64,000 nt of DNA, taken from contig OX597817.1 in the NCBI GenBank assembly GCA_951406725.2, positions 13,516,001-13,580,000 of the forward strand, read 5' to 3'. Below, piece after piece: positions 11,984 through 26,199 of this stretch (the stretch's first letter is position 1; the number at the start of each line of letters is the position of its first letter). The notes under the pieces were generated by a model. The model did not search any database. It was not told the origin of the DNA and saw only the letters and a program-made list of their open reading frames with translations. The DNA is from Octopus vulgaris. Its lineage: Eukaryota. Both the position numbers and the translations under genes were made by a program.

Positions 11984-13295
11984 CTAGCTTTACTGCCTTT
12001 TTAAACTACAACGGTGAAGAATAATACAACACCGAGAATATTAACAAAGAATCGGGACATTAAAAAGGCCACTTGTTGATGGGTCTAATTGTATAATTGT
12101 TTTGTTATTTAGGTGAATTTTACGGAAGTAGATTGCTTAACTCGGTTGATCGGGAGAGAATTTAATGAGCCTTGCGTGGATTATTGAATTACACGAATGA
12201 AGAATTATACGGAAACAGCTACGAAGCAGTCTCAGAACGAATATTCTATGATTAAGGAGGAAACGGTGTGATTTTTTATGTAGAACTATTCCTAATAATG
12301 AATATGTGAGATCGAACCCATTGATAGACAGACAGACAACGTCTATTGTACAAAGAATTAAGCCTTGTTTTGTATTATTACGAATCACACGTTTGGTTTG
12401 AAATACAATTACAAATTATTGACCGTTTTATGGAAGGTATTTTCCCGTGTTTGCATGGTTTAGGCAAGTCTCACCATTCCTACTACCTGCCCCTACAAGA
12501 TTTTAAATGCCCCAGCCAACAAGTGTGAGCCTGTTTGTTACACAGTAACTCAACCTGCTAGAAATGGCAATGAAATATTTCAAAACTCAGCAGACTGTTT
12601 CTATACAAGGAAGGACCCGTTAGATAATGTAGCTTTAGATTACACCATGCCTGTTTAATGAAAAGAAATAGTTACAACTGGAACGCCTTTGAGCAGAGGT
12701 TTGCTCGATCAAGACTGGCAGCCCTGGGCTAAACAACATATGGCAACGCTTTTAGTAGTTTCGTACGTAAAAATTCGATGTCTTTTGTGATTTCCTTCAC
12801 ATCTTTAAAAGAGATGTTGGAATAAATGGAGAATATTAAGACCACACGAGAGTTTTAATTCACTCGTTCGTCCGCATCTGTATTTCAAATGAACTACACT
12901 GCCTTTGTGTTTTAATTAGTTTTGACAATTATACAAAAATTGGAAGGATTTAGTAAAGGAATTTATTTGGCCATCATTACACCGGAATTTAGAACAGGAG
13001 ATATAGAACTGTGATGAGGAATTTTTTTTATATCATAGATCCTGAGGTGATCTCAGACGGTTTGGTATCCATCGGTTGAACTATACTAGTTGGTACTCCT
13101 TTTTAAGATAACAGAGCAATGTTATGAACCGATCAATTATGGGTTCATCATTATACAAGAATAATTATTCAAATTTTACTACAGGAACAGCTGTTTTAGG
13201 GAGGGTGGGTTAGTCGATTACATCGACCCCAGTGCTCAACTGGTACACATTTTATCGATCCCACGACGGTAGAATTCGAACTCAGAACACAAAGA

Positions 13296-13536
13296 GCCGG
13301 AAGAAATACCTATTTCTTTATTACCCCACAAGGGGACAAACAAGGACCGACATAGGTATTAAGTCGATTACATCGACCCCAGTGCGTAACTGGTACTTAA
13401 TTTATCGACCCCGAAAGGATGAAAGGCAAAGTCGACCTCGGCGGAATTTGAACTCACAACGTAACGGCAGACGAAATACCGCTAAGCATTTCGCCCGGCG
13501 TGCTAACGCTTCTGCCAGCTCGCCGGAAGAAATACC
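13296..13536 (-). mobile_element. tRNA-derived SINE family B (Nin/Sauria-like central domain) nested in an older family-B copy
   Basis: Central gtcgactttgcctttcatcctttcggggtcgataaa motif; 15-bp direct repeat gccggaagaaatacc flanks the insertion. Confidence 0.85.
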
Positions 13537-14455
13537 GCTAAGCATTTTGTCCGACGTGCTAACGATTCTGCCAACTCACCGCTTTATATAATAGTTTTTA
13601 TTAGCCACGAAGACTCAACATATTTACTGTAGTGCGTTTAATTAAGAATATAATTTACGCAAGTAAAGGAAAAGATTATAAAGCGAGTCGAAAGGCTTAC
13701 ACACGGCAACAGTGATTATTGGTATTTTCCTCTAAACATTTTTTGGCGAAGGTGAAGAATACGCACACCCGGTGTTTAGGGTGACGCGGAAAACTGGCGG
13801 CGTGCGTATTCTTTACGTCCGCCCATTTTTTTAAAGCAGCCCTTAAATACTTACGACGTTATCAAAGATGATCGTTATGCTGGGCCCTGAAACAGCAAAA
13901 CGTCCTCATATGGGGTGGCGGGGTTACAAAACATGTAAGGATGGCCAAAACAAAGTTACATGGAAATGAGGGGAGGAGTAAGAACGTTCTCCAGTTAATG
14001 TATTAAAAATAGATAAAAACACAGTACAAATAAATTATACGGTATAGTGCAGCCAACCGTCATTTGCCAGCAAGTATGGCTTGGTGTATGTACCATGCTT
14101 TCGCTAATTGCTTGTGTTGTCTAAGTAGTTACGAGCAGACATGGGCACTTTCTCGGTCCTTGCTTGACCCAGCAAAGACATCCAAGATGCGACAAACTAG
14201 AGAGTGAAGCCTCATCAGCACCTGGCTTGTACTCATATTACAAATGTATAGACTGGAACAGTGTGAACTGAAGTGTCTTTCTCAAGGACACAGTTGACTG
14301 TTTGGCCCAGAAATTATATCCATGACCTTATGATCAAGTGTCAACCACCCTAGCTACACAGCTATCCACCTTCACAAAACTGTATAAAATGCATTGTAAT
14401 AAAAACAAAATATAAAATTAAAGAGACATGATAAACATTTAAGGTATCACATATA

Positions 14456-14840
14456 GGCGCAGGAGTGGCTGTGTGGTAAGTAGCTTGCTAACCAACCACA
14501 TGGTTCTGGGTTCAGTCCCACTGCGTGGCATCTTGGGCAAGTGTCTTCTGCTATAGCCCCGGGCCAACCAATGCCTTGTGAGTGGATTTGGTAGACGGAA
14601 ACTGAAAGAAGCCTGTCGTATATATGTATATATATATATGTTTGTGTGTCTGTGTTTGTCCCCCTAGCATTGCTTGACAACCGATGCTGGTGTGTTTACA
14701 TCCCCGTCACTTAGCGGTTCGGCAAAAGAGACCAATAGAATAAGTACTGGGCTTACAAAGAATAAGTCCCGGGGTCGATTTGCTCGACTAAAGGTGGTGC
14801 TCCAGCATGGCCGCAGTCAAATGACAAACAAGTAAAAGAG
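14456..14840 (+). mobile_element. SINE family A
   Basis: Full-length copy. Confidence 0.85.
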
Positions 14841-14849
14841 CGATATCTG

Positions 14850-15900
14850 TGAGGACACAACAGCTAAGATGGCCTAGAGTGCCCCCATGACTCTCTTTGC
14901 CACCAGCAATGCATTGTAATGTGGTCAAGAATTCTTTTAAAGTTCCATTGAATATTTCTTTGGTGGGTTCATTGTTGAAAGGCTTCATGCCTGGGGAAAA
15001 ATTGTTTTACACGTTCATGTATGTTTTTCAAGTAGTTTTCACCCAAAAATCTATCTTTCAAGCACTTCCTGTTTTCTGGTCCCTCCAGATATTGGTTGAT
15101 TGTCATGTAGCTCAGATAAAAATTTGGATAGTTTAATGTTATTTCATCTGACAACTGTGAATTTGCATGAGTTTCTTAGAGTAGGCATTTTCTCCAGTTT
15201 CCTGATAGTGCTGGCTTTCTTTGTATGTCTATTTATTTCACCCTCATCCCTACAATAATTTGTCAGTCAGTCTCAGCTTATACTTGGCCTTCATCCTTTC
15301 AAGTTAATGCACTAGTATTGCTGTGGAGGCATTTTCAATATCTTCACTTTTGAAACCTCGTGCTGGTTGTTCTGCCTTTTCCAGAGCTCTCACTGGTGGT
15401 ACTGCTCTAAAGGCAGACTCTGGAACCTGTTGTTGCTGCTACCAGCTACATTTTCTTTCTCTCAGTTTTTTTTTTCTAGTACTTTGGGAAAGAAATCTCT
15501 CAAGCCAGTTTTCTGCTGCTAGTGTAAAAACTGGATTTTCTACTTGGAGCCACCAATCTCATCTCATCTCTGCACACAACAGGGTATAATATTAGAATAA
15601 TCTGGTGGTCCTGAGGGTTGTAAGTCCATGCTGATCACATTTTCCTTTTCACTATGTTTGTGATTACTACTTACCCATATTCTCCTCTGATGGTGACAAT
15701 GAACCTGATTATTATTTTTGGTGTGCTGCCTTTGTACTGAAGCGTGGGCTTTTTGAGTCAATATTTTGCACATTGCAGTTTTCCCATGTTACTATAGATC
15801 AGAGTTTTCTTTACCCACACAAGAACAAATACTTTGAGTACAAGGAGTCGAAATATGTTGTGACACAAATGTGTCACAGCTCCTTCTTGGACTGAACCCT
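14850..15900 (-). mobile_element. Possible highly decayed LINE ORF1/endonuclease-start remnant
   Basis: Broken reverse-strand frames, including NIQWNFK resembling the xIQWNxxG start of APE domains. Confidence 0.3.
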
Positions 15901-16111
15901 ATCCCTAATTGGAAAACCCCCAGGTAGAAACAATTTTTACAGAACTACTTCCATTCTTGCTCAGCTTCATATATAACTGCTTGTGAGTGCCACTGCTGTT
16001 ATTCTTGTTACTACTGCCAAGTGAATTTTCTCAAAACCTCCCTTAATGAAATCACCGTTTTACTTTTCATGTTGGCATGGGTTGAATTGTGTGTGTATAT
16101 ATATAAGTTGT

Positions 16112-16415
16112 GTGGAGGTGCAATGGCCCAGTGGTTAGGGCAGTGGACTCGCAGTTGTAGGATTTCGGTTTTGATTCCCAGACTGGGCGTTGTGAGTGTT
16201 TATTGAGCGAAAACACCTAAAGCTCCACGAGGCTCCGGCAGAGGGTGGTGGCGATCCCTGCTGTACTCTTTCGCCCCAACTTTCTCTCACTCTTTCTTCT
16301 GTTGGCCTGCTCGCTTAGCCAGCAGGGTGGCGTCATTTGAAGGCTAAAACAATGCGAAGCGCATTGTGACCAGCGATGTGTAGCTACATCTGATAGCCTG
16401 GTTGGTCATGGTGAT
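16112..16415 (+). mobile_element. tRNA-derived SINE, third family
   Basis: tggcccagtggttagg A-box and ggttttgattccc B-box; GC-rich body ending in (TA)n. Confidence 0.65.
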
Positions 16416-17399
16416 ATATATAAGGTGTGGGCATGATTGTGTGGTTCGGGATTCAGTCCCACTGCACAGCACCTTGGGCAAGTATCATCTACTACAGCCC
16501 CACATCAGCCAAAGCTTTGTGTGTGTGTGGATTTAGAAGATGGAAACTAGTATTCGTATGTAAATATATGTGATTTACATTTCCACTCACTTGTACAAAA
16601 GTTGTGGCATTCAAGTGGTGGTGGTGGTGGTGGTGCTGTTGTCAGTTATTGTGTCAACAAATCATCTGTTTGCTTTGAGCCTATGGATCTTGGCGAAGTA
16701 AGAGATCTGTTACTTGAAAAATAGGTAAGGGTTAGTGACAGGTAAGGCATCCGGTTGTAAAACAATGCCTCAAAAAACATATTCATCCAAGTCATGCAAG
16801 CATGAGAAGGCAGCTGTATAACAAACAAATGAATATATACATATATATATGAAAGCTCATTGTTTTCATTTTCCTGATTATATATGCTCTGCTGTAAAGC
16901 AGGCTTGTTTATGCTTTGTTTGTTTGTTTGTAGAAATGTTTTTTTCTTTCTTTTTCTGTTTTTGTTCGAATGTCACTTCCTTCTTTTAACAGCTTTGTGT
17001 TGTGTGCTAAAAATGTCTAAAAAATATCTTCTGTACTAAAACTAATGGTGCGAAACTCTGTATTGGTTTTCCAGACTGGTTGAAAGTCTTGCTAATGCTC
17101 ACAACTTTTTGCTAGCTTCGCTTGATTGAACCACTTTGTTTCATTGAGTTTGCTCATAAGGCTGTCAGACATGTAAAATCCTTCATATATCCAAGTGGCT
17201 TACTGCTTGCAGTAATAAGTGCTGGGTTGCTTATGCATATGACTTGGGTATTAAAGGTATTGATGATAAGACCTATCTGTCCTGTGGCTCAGTTTTTTCG
17301 TATAACTGATCTCTTCTTGAGAAGACAGCCATGTCATCCTCATAGTCAAGATCTTCTAAATGAGATAAAAGCATCCACTGAATACCTTTAGGCTTACAT

Positions 17400-18960
17400 A
17401 TTGTATTCTTACCTGTGGTCTACTTGACGATAATTAAGAAGAAAATGACAGAGAAGATATAGTCTTGTTGGATACTGGATTTTACTGAAAGCCATCCAGA
17501 GAATGTCTCTGTCAACAATCATACTACATTCAAGATGGTTATAGAAGAAACTTTTTCAGTTGATGATCTCAGGGACGTCACTCCCAGTGCAAACTATTAA
17601 AAGGTTTTCTGAACACTGAAACTTATGAACAATGGTTATATTACACTAAAGGCAATGTTTGATGATGTTCCTCATTGTAAAGATTCTATCAATGTATCCA
17701 CAACCTTTCTTGAATCCCGCTTCTTTGTTTTTTTTTCTCAGCTTGTCAGCTGAAGATCCAATCTGTTGAAAAGCTCTAAAAAAAAAAAAACTTGCTGAGA
17801 GTAGAAAAGCTTGTGATACCATGCCAGTTATAGTAGTTTTGTAAATTGCCTTTCTTGAGAACACTAGCAATTCATCCCTTAGTCCAGTCTCTTGGATGGT
17901 GTAAATTTTTAGATGGTCTTAAAGAGATCAAGCAGCCTTTTTATTGCTGTGACAGTGTCTTTCTTAAGCTTCACGTCATGGTTAGATTCAGTACTTGTGA
18001 TTTGTTGCGCTTTATGGCATTAATAGATTCCTTGATCTCAATTGCTGTAGGGGGTTACTGGTGATGTAAAGAATATCTTGTGTATGTTGGGGGTTTGCAG
18101 GTTCATCTAACTGAAGATAGCTTAACACTTCCTGGAGATGTTGGGAACATCTTGCTGTTTTCTCTTGTTCATTTGTTATAATATTGTCATTTTTGCTTCA
18201 GACTAGCTGGTGTTGCTGCCATAGAGCTGTTTGGTGAACAATATCCATCTCTTTCTTGTCCGCAGCTCACTCAGCTTTGAATACCATTTCCTAAGTAAAA
18301 GATCATATATCCATACAGGGAGTCCTTTTCACCACTGTGTTCTTGAATTTATAGGCTTATTGGAATTGCTCCCAGAATCTTAGTGACTTGGTACCCAATG
18401 TCTTGGCTTTCAGTTGGTTCTTTTCATTTGTTTCCTGCCACGTTCCAAGTTTAACCATTTCTGGTTCCTATTTTTCTTATAGCCTAAGATATTGGTTGTT
18501 GCTTCAACAAGCATTTCCTTGATCACCTCCTGCTAGGTGTTAATGAAGATATCATCCTTAGTCGTACCAACAAGAACACTGAAGCAATTTCAGACCTTCA
18601 GGACAAACTGTTTGTTTGGTGTTAGGATGTTTTAGTTTTGGTGATGCTCAGTTGTTTTCCTTGCTGACTCTCTTTCTCCACCTTGTGATGTTGTAACCTC
18701 ACTGTCACAGTTATTAAGTAGTATTCACCAAATACATCGACCCTGCGTAGGCTGTTGGAGCTGAAAACAAAACTCACAAATGAGGACTTGTCATTGATTT
18801 TTCTACCACTTATCAATATTCATATTCATTTTGATGCTTTGCTAGTACTTATAATTGACAAGTTAATTCATGCCATATGACAGCACACATATTTTAGCTA
18901 GGTTGACATGAAACAAGTCTACAACCAACTGTTGTAAGTGATGAAAGACCATCGTTAAGT
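17400..18960 (-). mobile_element. Decayed RTE/BovB-like LINE remnant
   Basis: EAGFKKGCGYIDRIFTMRNIIKHCL resembles the QAGFRxGRxCxDxIFxLRxIIE RT motif; many stops. Confidence 0.6.
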
Positions 18961-18994
18961 GCTTTTCTAGCCTTGGGACAATTATATTAGTATA

Positions 18995-19369
18995 CTAGCA
19001 GTATCGCCCGGCGTTGCTCTGGTTTGTAAGGGAAATAACTATAAAGCATTTTTAGAGAGTTATAGCCAAAAAATGGAAAAAAATGATGGTAACTTTTTTT
19101 TGAGAGTAAAAAAAAAGGTGGAGTTGCGTCCCCTAGACAGTTTGCGGTTTGTGTTTCTGATTCTCGACCCCATGTCGAATTTATCGATTTTTTTCAGAAC
19201 TGGGGGAACTTTTCAAAATTTTCGCTGCGTTAGTTTTGAATTATGACATTGGGCTATGTGTGTGTCAAGTTTCATCAGAATCGGTTGAAAGCCGTGGTCA
19301 GGGTGAGGGTACAAGCAAACAGACACACAGAAACACGCACAGACAAACTGCCGTTTATATAGAGAGAGA
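18995..19369 (-). mobile_element. Non-autonomous Helitron-like element
   Basis: On the minus strand begins A|TCTCTCTCTATATAAA and ends gagcaacgccgggcgatactgCTAG|T: 5' TC, GC-rich subterminal dyad, 3' CTAG, A|T target. Confidence 0.7.
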
Positions 19370-19565
19370 TATGACTCGTGTTTAGCCTTCAGAATGTCGT
19401 ATTTTTTTTTCTTGAGCAATGAACCAAATTATCTCACTGAATAATTTTGAATCTATTTCTACTTAGATGACCTCGTTTATTATGCAGTAACTCTAAGGAA
19501 GATCATGACGGAAATCTAAAGGCATTTCTGTCATATACCGGAGATTTAAATATATCTAAGAAGTG

Positions 19566-19769
19566 TTACTCTTTTACTCTTTTACTTGTTTCAGTCATTT
19601 GACTGCGGCCATGTTGGAGCACCGCCTTTAGTCGATCAAATCGACCCCGGGACTTTTCTTTGTAAGCCCAGTACTTATTCTATCGGTCTCTTTTGCCGAA
19701 CCACTAAGTGACGGGGACGTAAACACACCAGCATCGGTTGTCAAGCAATGCTAGGGGGACAAACCCACC

Positions 19770-19824
<55 letters not shown>

Positions 19825-19988
19825 GTACATATATACAACAGGCTTCTTTCAGTTTCCGTCTACCAAATCCACTCACAAGGCATTGGTCGGCCCGGGGCTA
19901 TAGCAGAAGACACTTGCCCAAGATGCCACGCAGTGGGACTGAACCCGGAACCATGTGGTTGGTTAGCAAGCTACTTACCACACAGCCA
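19566..19988 (-). mobile_element. SINE family A
   Basis: Near full-length reverse copy. Confidence 0.85.
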
Positions 19989-20119
19989 TGCACTGAAGGC
20001 CACAGGTTAACTGTTAATCTTGTTAGGCTGCTGCCATTTAAATGTCTTAAAATCTGTATTTCTAAAATATAAGTTGAAAAGACTGCTAGCGTATTACAGT
20101 AAATGGGTCACAGATTTTT

Positions 20120-21800
20120 CAAATTAAGACTTTTACTGAAATGTACCACTTTCCCCCATTCCTCAAAAAACTGTTACCATCTTGAAAAATATCAAAGTTG
20201 ACATAGAAAATACTTTCCCCCATACTATTTACAACTGCATCTAATTTATAGTTGAGTCTGATGTATCAGACAATTCTATTTTACAACACTATCACAGACA
20301 AGGAGGGCATCTTACTGCTTTTCCTTTTGCACTCTTTCCTAGATTGAACTGTATCTTCCTCTTGAGAAAAGAACTGTTAAGGGCATCCAGCCGTAGAAAC
20401 ACTGCCAGATCAGACTGGGCCTGGTGCAGCCTTCTGGCTTGCCAGTCCCCAGTTGAACCGTCCAACCCATGCTAGCATGGAAAGCGGACGCTAAACGATG
20501 ATGATGATGCAGATTTCCCCCTCCTTATTAAAAAAAAAGTTTCTCTTGCAACTTGCTCAATCTCTTTGAATGACAATGTCCATTAATAGGAGTGATGGGC
20601 ATGGTATGGTTTGGGGGAAGTAATTTCACTTTCTCCCTCTTGATAAACAATTTTTGTCATGAACTGTAGAATGAGAACTGGGAGTGTTACTGAGGTTAAG
20701 ATGTGGTATGTCCAACTCCACCAGCTTTGCTAGTGGTGTTGTTAGGTATTGTGATTAACCATGAAGGAGTCCGTGTCTATTATGCTATAATTTTCTGAAC
20801 AAAAGTAAATCTGCCATCACATACCAGTATTTCAGCTTTCTCTACTAAGGAGTCACTGTTCACATGTCCTTAATAAAGGCGGGATTTGAAGAAATTAACC
20901 AAGAAGGTCGGTAGCTACTGACTGGCAAACAGCATGTTTAGAGAGAAAAACTATTACGAGTAGTCTTGTGGGCAGCAATGACTGAACTGAGTGAAGCACT
21001 TAATGAAGAACTTTTTCCCAATCAAATTCTGGAAAATTCTGCGATTATAGGGCTAACAGTACTGACTTCAATATTGTCTCTGTATTGATTCTCTCACATT
21101 GTTTCTTTCCCCTTGTTTTCCAAAGGGTGATTCCCATCGGCTCAGTTTATTCATCATCATCATTTAACATCCGTTTTCCATGCTAGCGTGGGTTGGACGG
21201 TTCGACCGGGGTCTAGGAAGCCAGGAGGCTGCACCAGGCTCCAGTCTGATCTGGCAGTGTTTCTACAGCTGGATGTCCTTCCTAACACTAACCACTCCAT
21301 GAGTGTAGTGGGTACTTTTTACGTGCCACTGGCACAGGGGCCAGAGGAGGCTGGCAAATGACCATGATCGGTTGGTGCTTTTTACATGTCACTGACACAG
21401 AAAATTTGTAACTTAGTTTAATTATGAATTGAGTTCCTCTATCACTGTATATAGAACTGACTGTTCCAGCTAAAGAACTTAACTGAAGGCACCAGACAAT
21501 GGCTTGAGTGGTGATATCTGCACAATGAAGTGCACAAAAGGTGTTGTGAGTATTCATCAACTCCCACTGAAAGGTATTTGTTTTGAAATACCAATGTTTT
21601 AGGTTCCACAGAAATCCTATAAGATGCATTCTATATACTCCGAGTAGCCTTTGTTTGGTGTTGATCCTTGGATTGTAGAATTTAGGTTTTAGTTTGGAGC
21701 AAACTTGGTAGTATAACAGATTTTCTAAGTATCCTAAGTTGAAAAGTAAGGTTTTTTTTTTTCCTTTGTAAACTTTGAAGACATAACTTGGTTCAGCAGA
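20120..21800. mobile_element. Fragmentary Ty3/gypsy LTR-retrotransposon remnants
   Basis: FIVESDVSD..TLSQ (RNase H-like, + strand ~20245-20300) and IYSDRGTQF (integrase-like, - strand ~21425-21455); interrupted by RTE fragments at 20379-20509 and 21154-21400. Confidence 0.4.
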
Positions 21801-22373
21801 ATTGCACATTCAAGAAAAGGCAACAGCATATACATTTTCATTTCCATGCTGAGCTCCTGAAAAGCTAAGTTATCAAACCTCATGATATTATATTATCGGA
21901 ATTAGGTTTCGGATAGATATTCAGCTGACTGTTTTTGCTGTTGGTTTTTAGCAGGTCAAGTAATGTGTTTCAGCCTGAAAATGTTGAATTAGAGACCTTA
22001 CCTTTCATCTTTCATACATATGCGCCTCATAACCAGTAATATTTGTTGGTTTTTTCATCTATTTCCCCATTCTAACATGGACTGGATAGAGACTTATTTG
22101 AAGCAGCATTTTACAACCAAATGGCTTTCCCGTGACCAATTTTTGTTTGTTTTTCAAGTAAGGTATTGATTCCTCTGATCTTTGAAAGTGAAGAGTGATG
22201 AACTGTCATGTCAAATAGGGAATGTAAACATCACATCACCATTTAGCTTAGGAAGTGACAAGTGAAGCTGTAGAATGTCACCATGCACACACTTGCACAG
22301 AAACACACATGCATATAGGCTTCCCTACAGTTTCCATCGACCAATCCTATTTACATGGTATCAGCTATCAGTT

Positions 22374-22616
22374 AAGGCGGCGAGCTGGCAGAAACGTTAG
22401 CACGCCGGTTGAAATGCTTAGCAGTATTTCGTCTGCGTTACGTTGTGAGTTCAAATTCCGCCGAGGTCAACTTTGCCTTTCATCCTTTCGGGGTCGATAA
22501 ATTAAGTACCAGTTATGCACTGGGGTTGATGTAATCGACTTAATACCTATGTCTGTCCTTGTTTGTCCCCTCTGTGTTTAGCCCCTTGTGAGTAATAAAG
22601 AAATAGGTATCAGCTA
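22374..22616 (+). mobile_element. SINE family B
   Basis: Full copy flanked by direct repeat ggtatcagcta. Confidence 0.85.
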
Positions 22617-23959
22617 GCCAGAGGCTATAGTAGAATATATGCAGTTGAGATAGAACTTGAACCACATGATTACAAAGCAAACTCAATAAAATAAGGTAAT
22701 ATTTTGGTTAGTATATTATAGGCTAAAATTTAAAGGGAATTATTATTAAGGGAAGAGGTGGGATACCTCATATTTTGAGTCCTTATAAAATGTCTCATAT
22801 TACGTGTGTGGGTTTCTCAAAATGTGTTACATCTGTGAGTCAGTGGGTGGTTGGTACTTAGTTCATCTTCCCTGGAACCCTGAATGGGGAAAGTGAACCC
22901 AAGTGGGATTTGAATGCAAAACTATAAAGAGATGTAACTAAATACTGGATGTTGTTTTATCTGTTGCTCTGTGGTTTCTGCCATTCATTGCCCCCTCTTC
23001 TCTTTGTAAGGCACATATGGAAAAGAATTTGTCAGTACCTTACTGTAAATTATTTTAGCATTTAGTATTTGCTTTCTTCCATGCTGTCTGTCATGCTTTG
23101 ACTGGATGTTTTTCAATAGTATGTTTGATGTTTCTGTTATCTTAAATTTGATTTTATTACCTTATTACTTGGCATAAGAGAAATCTGATGCAGAATGCTG
23201 TCTGAGGAACTGGGCAGGTATGGACATAAGTGATGCATGTAGAAAAATGACAATCGGGTAAACAGCAATATATATAAAAGGAAACTCAGGAAAGAAAGGA
23301 AGGCATGAGAATTGAAAGTTGAGCTGAGGGAGTTCAACCTCAAATGGGAGATGATAAAAGCCGCCACAATAAGTACTCAGACATTGTGCTGGAGAGGACC
23401 AGTGCAAACATATGTGGATGATGGTTGCAAGTTTTTTTTTTGCAGTTACTTGTATCATCTTGCAACACTTTCGCTCCCAGCATGCATCGGCTGTTTTTAC
23501 ATGTCAATAACTGTGTAATTATTTTACTTGTATACAATAGGTAATCGCTCTAAAACCCTAACCATTTTCTCACATTAGTCAGCATTTCTCACAAGCTTAT
23601 ACTGTACATTCAACTGTACATTTTAACTTATTTCTTTTCAATCAGGTTATGGTGTTTCATAATCTTTATATCATCATCATCATCATTATCAGTTTAGTGT
23701 CTGTTTTTCCATGCTTGCATGAGTCAGATAGAATCTTTTGAGACAGAATTTCTATGACTGGATGCCCTTCTTGTTACCAACCCTCACCTGTTTCCAAACA
23801 GGGTAATATTTGCCCTTGGCTGGACATGTCTTCACAGAAGACATACCACTCATATGATGCTGACACTTGTTTACATTATATAAGTCAAGATAAGGAGACA
23901 CTAACACAATTGTCTCCATATATAAATACACACACACACACCATCATCATCATCATTGT

Positions 23960-24188
23960 TTAACCCTTTAGTGTTCGCATTATTCTGCCAAAATTAATGC
24001 TTCTTCATCCACATTGTTTTGAATTAATCATGCATTATCTTGTAGCTATGAGATTTTGATGAGGTAGCTGTTAATTTCTAGAATGACATTGTAGGGTTGG
24101 TGTGAGAGACCAGATATAGCTAGTTTGAACATAAAACAGGTAGAAAATTTTTGGCCGGATATGGCCAGTTTAAATGCTAAAGGGTTAA
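23960..24188. mobile_element. piggyBac-type MITE (family 2)
   Basis: ttaaccctttag ... ctaaagggttaa TIRs with TTAA flanks. Confidence 0.75.
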
Positions 24189-25116
24189 TATCCTTGTTCC
24201 ATGCTGGCATGGGTTGGATGGTTTGTCAGAAACCAATAGGTCCAAGGACTACATTGTACTCCAATGCTTCTTTGGTCTAGTTTGTGTCGTTGATGTCCTC
24301 CCTAAAATCAACCACTTTATAACATGTACCATATGCTTTTTCCCTGCCACCAGCACTATTGAGATCACCATGCAGCTCGCAGAACTATGAACCCCAGGAA
24401 GAGGTGGGGATCAACTTCATGCAGTATGAGTAAAATACTGAACCTGGATTGAACATGCCAGATTGAACAAGGACTCATTATACTCAGAGTGGTTGTCATT
24501 AGGAAGGACATCCAGCCATAGAAACCATGCCAAATCAGACTGGAACCTGATGCAGCTCTCTGGCTTATCAGTTCCAGTCTAACCCATGCCAGCATGGAAA
24601 GCACACATTACATGATATTATGAATTTGTTCTACTAAGTACTTACAATTCTATACTATATCACTAGCCACATTAATGAGTAACTTCAAATTTTATAGCAA
24701 CTCTTTAGGTGAAATTTGTGTGCAAAATACATAATGAAAATACAGAGACGTCACAAAACGTTTAGATAATTGTTAGAAATTAGGTTATTAGTTTTTGTTT
24801 TATTCAGAATTATTGATATTTTTTCAGTTGAATTGCTGGATATATATATATGCTTTCAGTCTCAAATAAGTAGACAACTGTTGTACTATGTAGCATCAAA
24901 TGCTCAGTGAATTGAATCTACTATTAATTCTTTTTTTCACTTATATATCTAGTGTTTGATTAAAATGTTACCAGCTTCCTATTTCTCCCTTGAAGTTTAC
25001 ATGTGGGCATGATTCTGTCACTCCCCCAATTCTGTTTGACTCTGTTGTTAAGTAATTTGAGAATTTAAAGACAGGAAATGGATGAAAACCTTATTACTGG
25101 GATATGGCAGGTTATA

Positions 25117-25213
25117 TACTCTTTTGCCGAACCGCTAAGTAACGGGGACATAAGCACACCAGCATCAGTTGTCAAGCAATGCTAGGGGACAAACAGACAC
25201 ACAAACACACACA

Positions 25214-25262
<49 letters not shown>

Positions 25263-25569
25263 TAAATATAAGAGAATGGTCACTATGTGGCTCATTCTAG
25301 CACTAGAAAATCCAAAAGGTTTCAACCACAAAAATACATGTTTCCTATGAAAGTAGTATCTAATTCTCTCACCCTTATTAATTAATTATATATATATATA
25401 TACATATATACGACGGGCTTCTTTCAGTTTCCGTCTACCAAATCCACTCACAAGGCTTTGGTCGGCCCGAGGATATAGTAGAAGACACTTGCCCAAGGTG
25501 CCACGCAGTGGGACTGAACCCGGAACCATGTGGTTGGTAGACAAGCTACTTACCACACAGTCACTCCTG
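25117..25569 (-). mobile_element. SINE family A with a ~130-bp insertion in its (TA)n tract
   Basis: SINE halves separated by 25258-25388. Confidence 0.8.
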
Positions 25570-25664
25570 TTTTTTAAAATATATTATTGGATATGAAAAG
25601 CCTTGTAATGGTTTCGATAATGCTCAAAATTTTAGTTATTTTTTGACTTTGTTACAGATCTCTA

Positions 25665-26056
25665 TTTACTCTTTTACTCTTTTACTTGTTTCAGTCATTT
25701 GACTGCGGCCATGCTGTAGCACCGCCTTTAGTCGAGCAAATCGACCCCGGGACTTATTCTTTGTAAGCCCAGTACTTATTCTATCGGTCGTCTCTTTTGC
25801 CGAACCGCTAAGTGATGGGGACGTAAACACACCAGCATCGGTTGTCAAGCAATGCTAGGGGGACAAACACAGACACACACACATATATATATATACATAT
25901 ATACGACAGGCTTCTTTCAGTTTCCGTCTACCAAATCCACTCACAAGGCATTGGTCGGCCCGGGGCTATAGCAGAAGACACTTGCCCAAGATGCCATGCA
26001 GTGGGACTGAACCTGGAACCATGTGGTTGGTTAGCAAGCTACTTACCACACAGCCA
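25665..26056 (-). mobile_element. SINE family A
   Basis: Near full-length reverse copy. Confidence 0.85.
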
Positions 26057-26199
26057 GCTTATGGTATCCAAACTTTATATTTCTTTTAGCTGGTGCTCCA
26101 GCATGGTCACATCTTAGGGCTGAAACATATAAATGAATAAAAGTTAAAATATATATATATATAAATATTCAATTATGAATCAAGAGGTGCCAATCTCTA

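Noticed and set aside
14205-14222. ctcatcag (antisense CUGAUGAG hammerhead box); also at ~2727
   Set aside because: No correctly placed GAAA box or flanking stems
16112-16190. tRNA gene candidate (A and B boxes)
   Set aside because: No convincing cloverleaf, and it continues into a SINE body; the same applies to the other SINE heads
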